Source of the DNA: an uncultured Candidatus Saccharibacteria bacterium
GTDB lineage: Bacteria > Patescibacteriota > Saccharimonadia > Saccharimonadales > EFPC-124
Reading direction: 5' to 3'
NCBI GenBank assembly: GCA_964586395.1
Contig: CAZPGP010000001.1
Coordinates: 1,865-65,864, forward strand
DNA length: 64,000 bases
Below, one piece after another: positions 63,510-64,000 of this stretch. The notes below the pieces were generated by a model. That model had not been told where the DNA came from and searched no databases. It saw only the letters and a list, made by a program, of their open reading frames with translations. The number at the start of each line of letters is the position of its first letter. The first letter of the stretch is position 1. The position numbers and the translations under genes were made by a program.

Positions 63510-64000
63510 ACTCTTCTCCCCCTATTTTTTAACCACTTAACGCCGGAAATGATACTTAGCAGAATCAGCATGCTCATACTACCGATGAGCAGGCTCTCGA
63601 TCACGCTACGCAATGTTGCGTGGTGGGTAATCATCAGTCCGTAGGTGATACTGGCCCCTGTTATTACGACATAGACTATCCAGTACCGGCGCAGGGCCAT
63701 GTAGTAAGATACCACAAGATTTGTGATTGCTACGGCAAAAATTGCCACACTCAAAATCGGCAACAGGGAAGCGTATTCGCCATATGCGCCGCCCATCAGC
63801 AGGCGCGTGATCTCCCCTGGGAAAATCACAAACAACAGGAGTGCCGGCAAACCGGTCGCAGTCAGCAACAAAAACGACCGTTTAAGGAGTTGGCGGTTCT
63901 GAAGTGTTGTATTTTTGAGTTTTACGCTCGGCATCAGCACCTGAGCGATAGATCCTGTCAGGAAAAAGATGATCCGAGCGACGGTCGCGATGCCCGCATA
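63506..64000 (-). CDS. Wzx-like oligosaccharide flippase, C-terminal part (runs off the right edge)
   Basis: The frame stays open to the window end: ...YAGIATVARIIFFLTGSIAQVLMPS... followed by multiple TMs. Confidence 0.75.
   Translation of the reverse strand, partial: YAGIATVARIIFFLTGSIAQVLMPSVKLKNTTLQNRQLLKRSFLLLTATGLPALLLFVIFPGEITRLLMGGAYGEYASLLPILSVAIFAVAITNLVVSYYMALRRYWIVYVVITGASITYGLMITHHATLRSVIESLLIGSMSMLILLSIISGVKWLKNRGRRV

Noticed and set aside
1-64000. Recoded genetic code (TGA=Gly, as in Gracilibacteria/Absconditabacteria)
   Set aside because: Conserved genes are full length under code 11, and TGA ends several genes at natural C-termini (e.g. trmB and the lectin).
1-64000. Diversity-generating retroelement, retron or IS element
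   Set aside because: No reverse transcriptase, transposase or near-identical TR/VR pair was recognised.

Overview
Gene-dense bacterial chromosomal segment, about 50-55% GC by eye, translation table 11, with most genes on the minus strand. Gene content and style point to Candidatus Saccharibacteria (TM7; Patescibacteria/CPR), which is an inference: archaeal-type non-discriminating AspRS, Fe-S-less MutY-like glycosylase, LPxTG/DUF11 protein, giant membrane-anchored fibre protein, many lineage-specific hypotheticals and pervasive leaderless TGnTAnnnT-N6/7-ATG starts. The window holds two tRNAs (Ile2-CAU, Asn-GUU), DNA-repair genes (EndoQ, UvrD, MutY, AlkA, MazG, NUDIX), transporters (ABC-2, MscS, MgtE, CorA, CNNM, Kef, two MFS), regulators (MarR, Fur, AbrB, Crp), rifampin ADP-ribosyltransferase arr and a surface-glycan locus running off the right end. 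The most notable observations are: (1) three stand-alone transcription units (4.8-5.3 kb, 24.5-27.4 kb, 47.0-48.0 kb) with AT-rich resident-type promoters but actinobacterial-looking transcripts (high GC3, long leaders with strong SD, GC-rich U-less hairpins), a candidate class of host-adapted effector genes; (2) a cobalamin-riboswitch-like leader plus terminator in front of an unknown Zn-ribbon protein; (3) a ~2,680-aa tail-fibre-like adhesin with a DnaA-box cluster over its upstream region; (4) an unannotated 30-aa ORF with its own promoter; (5) a secreted Gly/Asn-rich amyloid-like protein next to an AftD-like GT-C glycan locus. No CRISPR array, integrase, transposase or reverse transcriptase was seen. 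All calls come from reading the sequence; no database searches were run.
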